Shown here in pieces: positions 62,938-64,000 of a DNA stretch of 64,000 nucleotides. The translations under genes were made by a program, and so were the position numbers. The stretch is from Mytilus edulis. Lineage: Eukaryota. The stretch's first letter is position 1. Every line of letters begins with the position of its first letter. The notes below the pieces were generated by a model, which did not search any database, was not told where the DNA came from, and was given only the letters and a program-made list of their open reading frames with translations. Location: the NCBI RefSeq assembly GCF_963676685.1, contig NC_092346.1, forward strand, positions 74,710,001 to 74,774,000. The letters run 5' to 3'.

Positions 62938-63148
62938 ATATGTGTTTAAAGTGATTTAAAATTTAGACAAGACTCCCTGAAAACCAAACAAAACTATTTG
63001 AAGGGACCATATTGAGGGCAACATGTGTCTTTACTAACTTAGGGAAACCATAGACAATAGAAGAATACATATATCAACATCTAAACTTGGTGGAAAGGAG
63101 GGGGCTTAGGTTTTGTGTAAGACATTTGAATACTTAGTACATATTAAT

Positions 63149-64000
63149 AACTAGAGGCTCTAAAGAGCCTGTGTTGCTCAGCTTGGTCAATGTGAATATT
63201 AAACAATGGACACAAATGGATTCATGACAAAATTGTGTTTTGGTGATGGTGATGTGTTTGTAGATCTTACTTTACTAAACATTGTTGCTGCTTACAATTA
63301 TCTCTATCTATAACAGTACTTTCTGTGGAAAATGTTATTGAAAATCTTCAAATTTTAAGAAAATTGTTAAAAATTGACTATGAAGGGCAATAACTCCTTA
63401 GGGGGTCAATTGATTATTTTGGTCATACTGACTTATTTTTAGTTCTTACTTTGCTGTTTTGCTGTACATTATTGCTGTTTACAGTTTATCTCTATCTATA
63501 ATAATATTCAAGATAATAAAAAAAAAACAGCAAAATTTCCTCAAAATTACCAATTCAGGGGTCAGATTTGCTCTTAATGCTTTGGTTTTTGAGTTATAAG
63601 CCAAAAACTGCATTTTACCCCATGTTCTATTTTTAGCCATGGCGGCCATCTTGGTTTGTTGGTTGAGTTACCGGACACATTTTTTTAACTAGATACCCCA
63701 ATGATGATTATGGCTAAGTTTGGTTAAATTTGGCCCAGTAGTTTCAGAGGAGAAGATTTTTCTAAAAGATTACTAAGATTTACGAAAAATGGTTAAAAAT
63801 TGACTATAAAGGGCAATAACTCCTAAAGTGGTCAACTGACCATTTTGGTCATGTTGACTTATTTGTACATCTTACTTTGCTGAACATTATTGCTGTTTAA
63901 AGTGTATCTCTATCTATAATAATATTCAAGATAATAACCAAAAACAGCAAAATTTCCATAAAATTACAATTTCAGGGGCAGCAACCCAACAACGGAATGT
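63149..64000 (-). mobile_element. HINE-like element with long internal repeats, truncated by the window end
   Basis: Terminal hairpin AGGCTC-TAAA-GAGCCT; block AAAAATTGACTAT.AAGGGCAATAACTCC...AAAACAGCAAAATTTCC repeated at about 63370 and 63795. Confidence 0.65.

Noticed and set aside
63040-63081. Possible further upstream myosin exon
   Set aside because: The frame needed to match the next exon's phase contains a stop codon.

Overview
AT-rich metazoan genomic DNA, most likely a bivalve; the repeat families suggest Mytilus (inference). Host genes: a complete 14-exon serine/threonine phosphatase 5 gene (PPP5C, + strand, 5048-23019, 499 aa) with two minor-spliceosome (U12) introns, one GT-AG and one AT-AC; three intronless class A GPCRs (30.3-43.0 kb), two of them paralogous duplicates; and the 3' MyTH4-FERM tail of a myosin-XXII-like gene on the - strand (52.0-62.0 kb) with an 18-nt micro-exon. 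The highlight is a near-intact Naiad-type Penelope-like retroelement (about 25.1-28.8 kb; N-terminal GIY-YIG, CxC linker, C-terminal RT). All four in-frame stops in its reconstructed ORF are TGA at conserved cysteine positions, and a canonical type II SECIS hairpin lies about 50-125 nt after the true TAA stop, so it looks like a selenoprotein-encoding retrotransposon that the ORF track fragments. A decayed paralogous Naiad in the same window has TGT at one of these TGA sites. The window also holds hammerhead-ribozyme retrozyme arrays, nested MITEs, Helentron-like elements and LINE fragments. All alignments and folds were done by eye.
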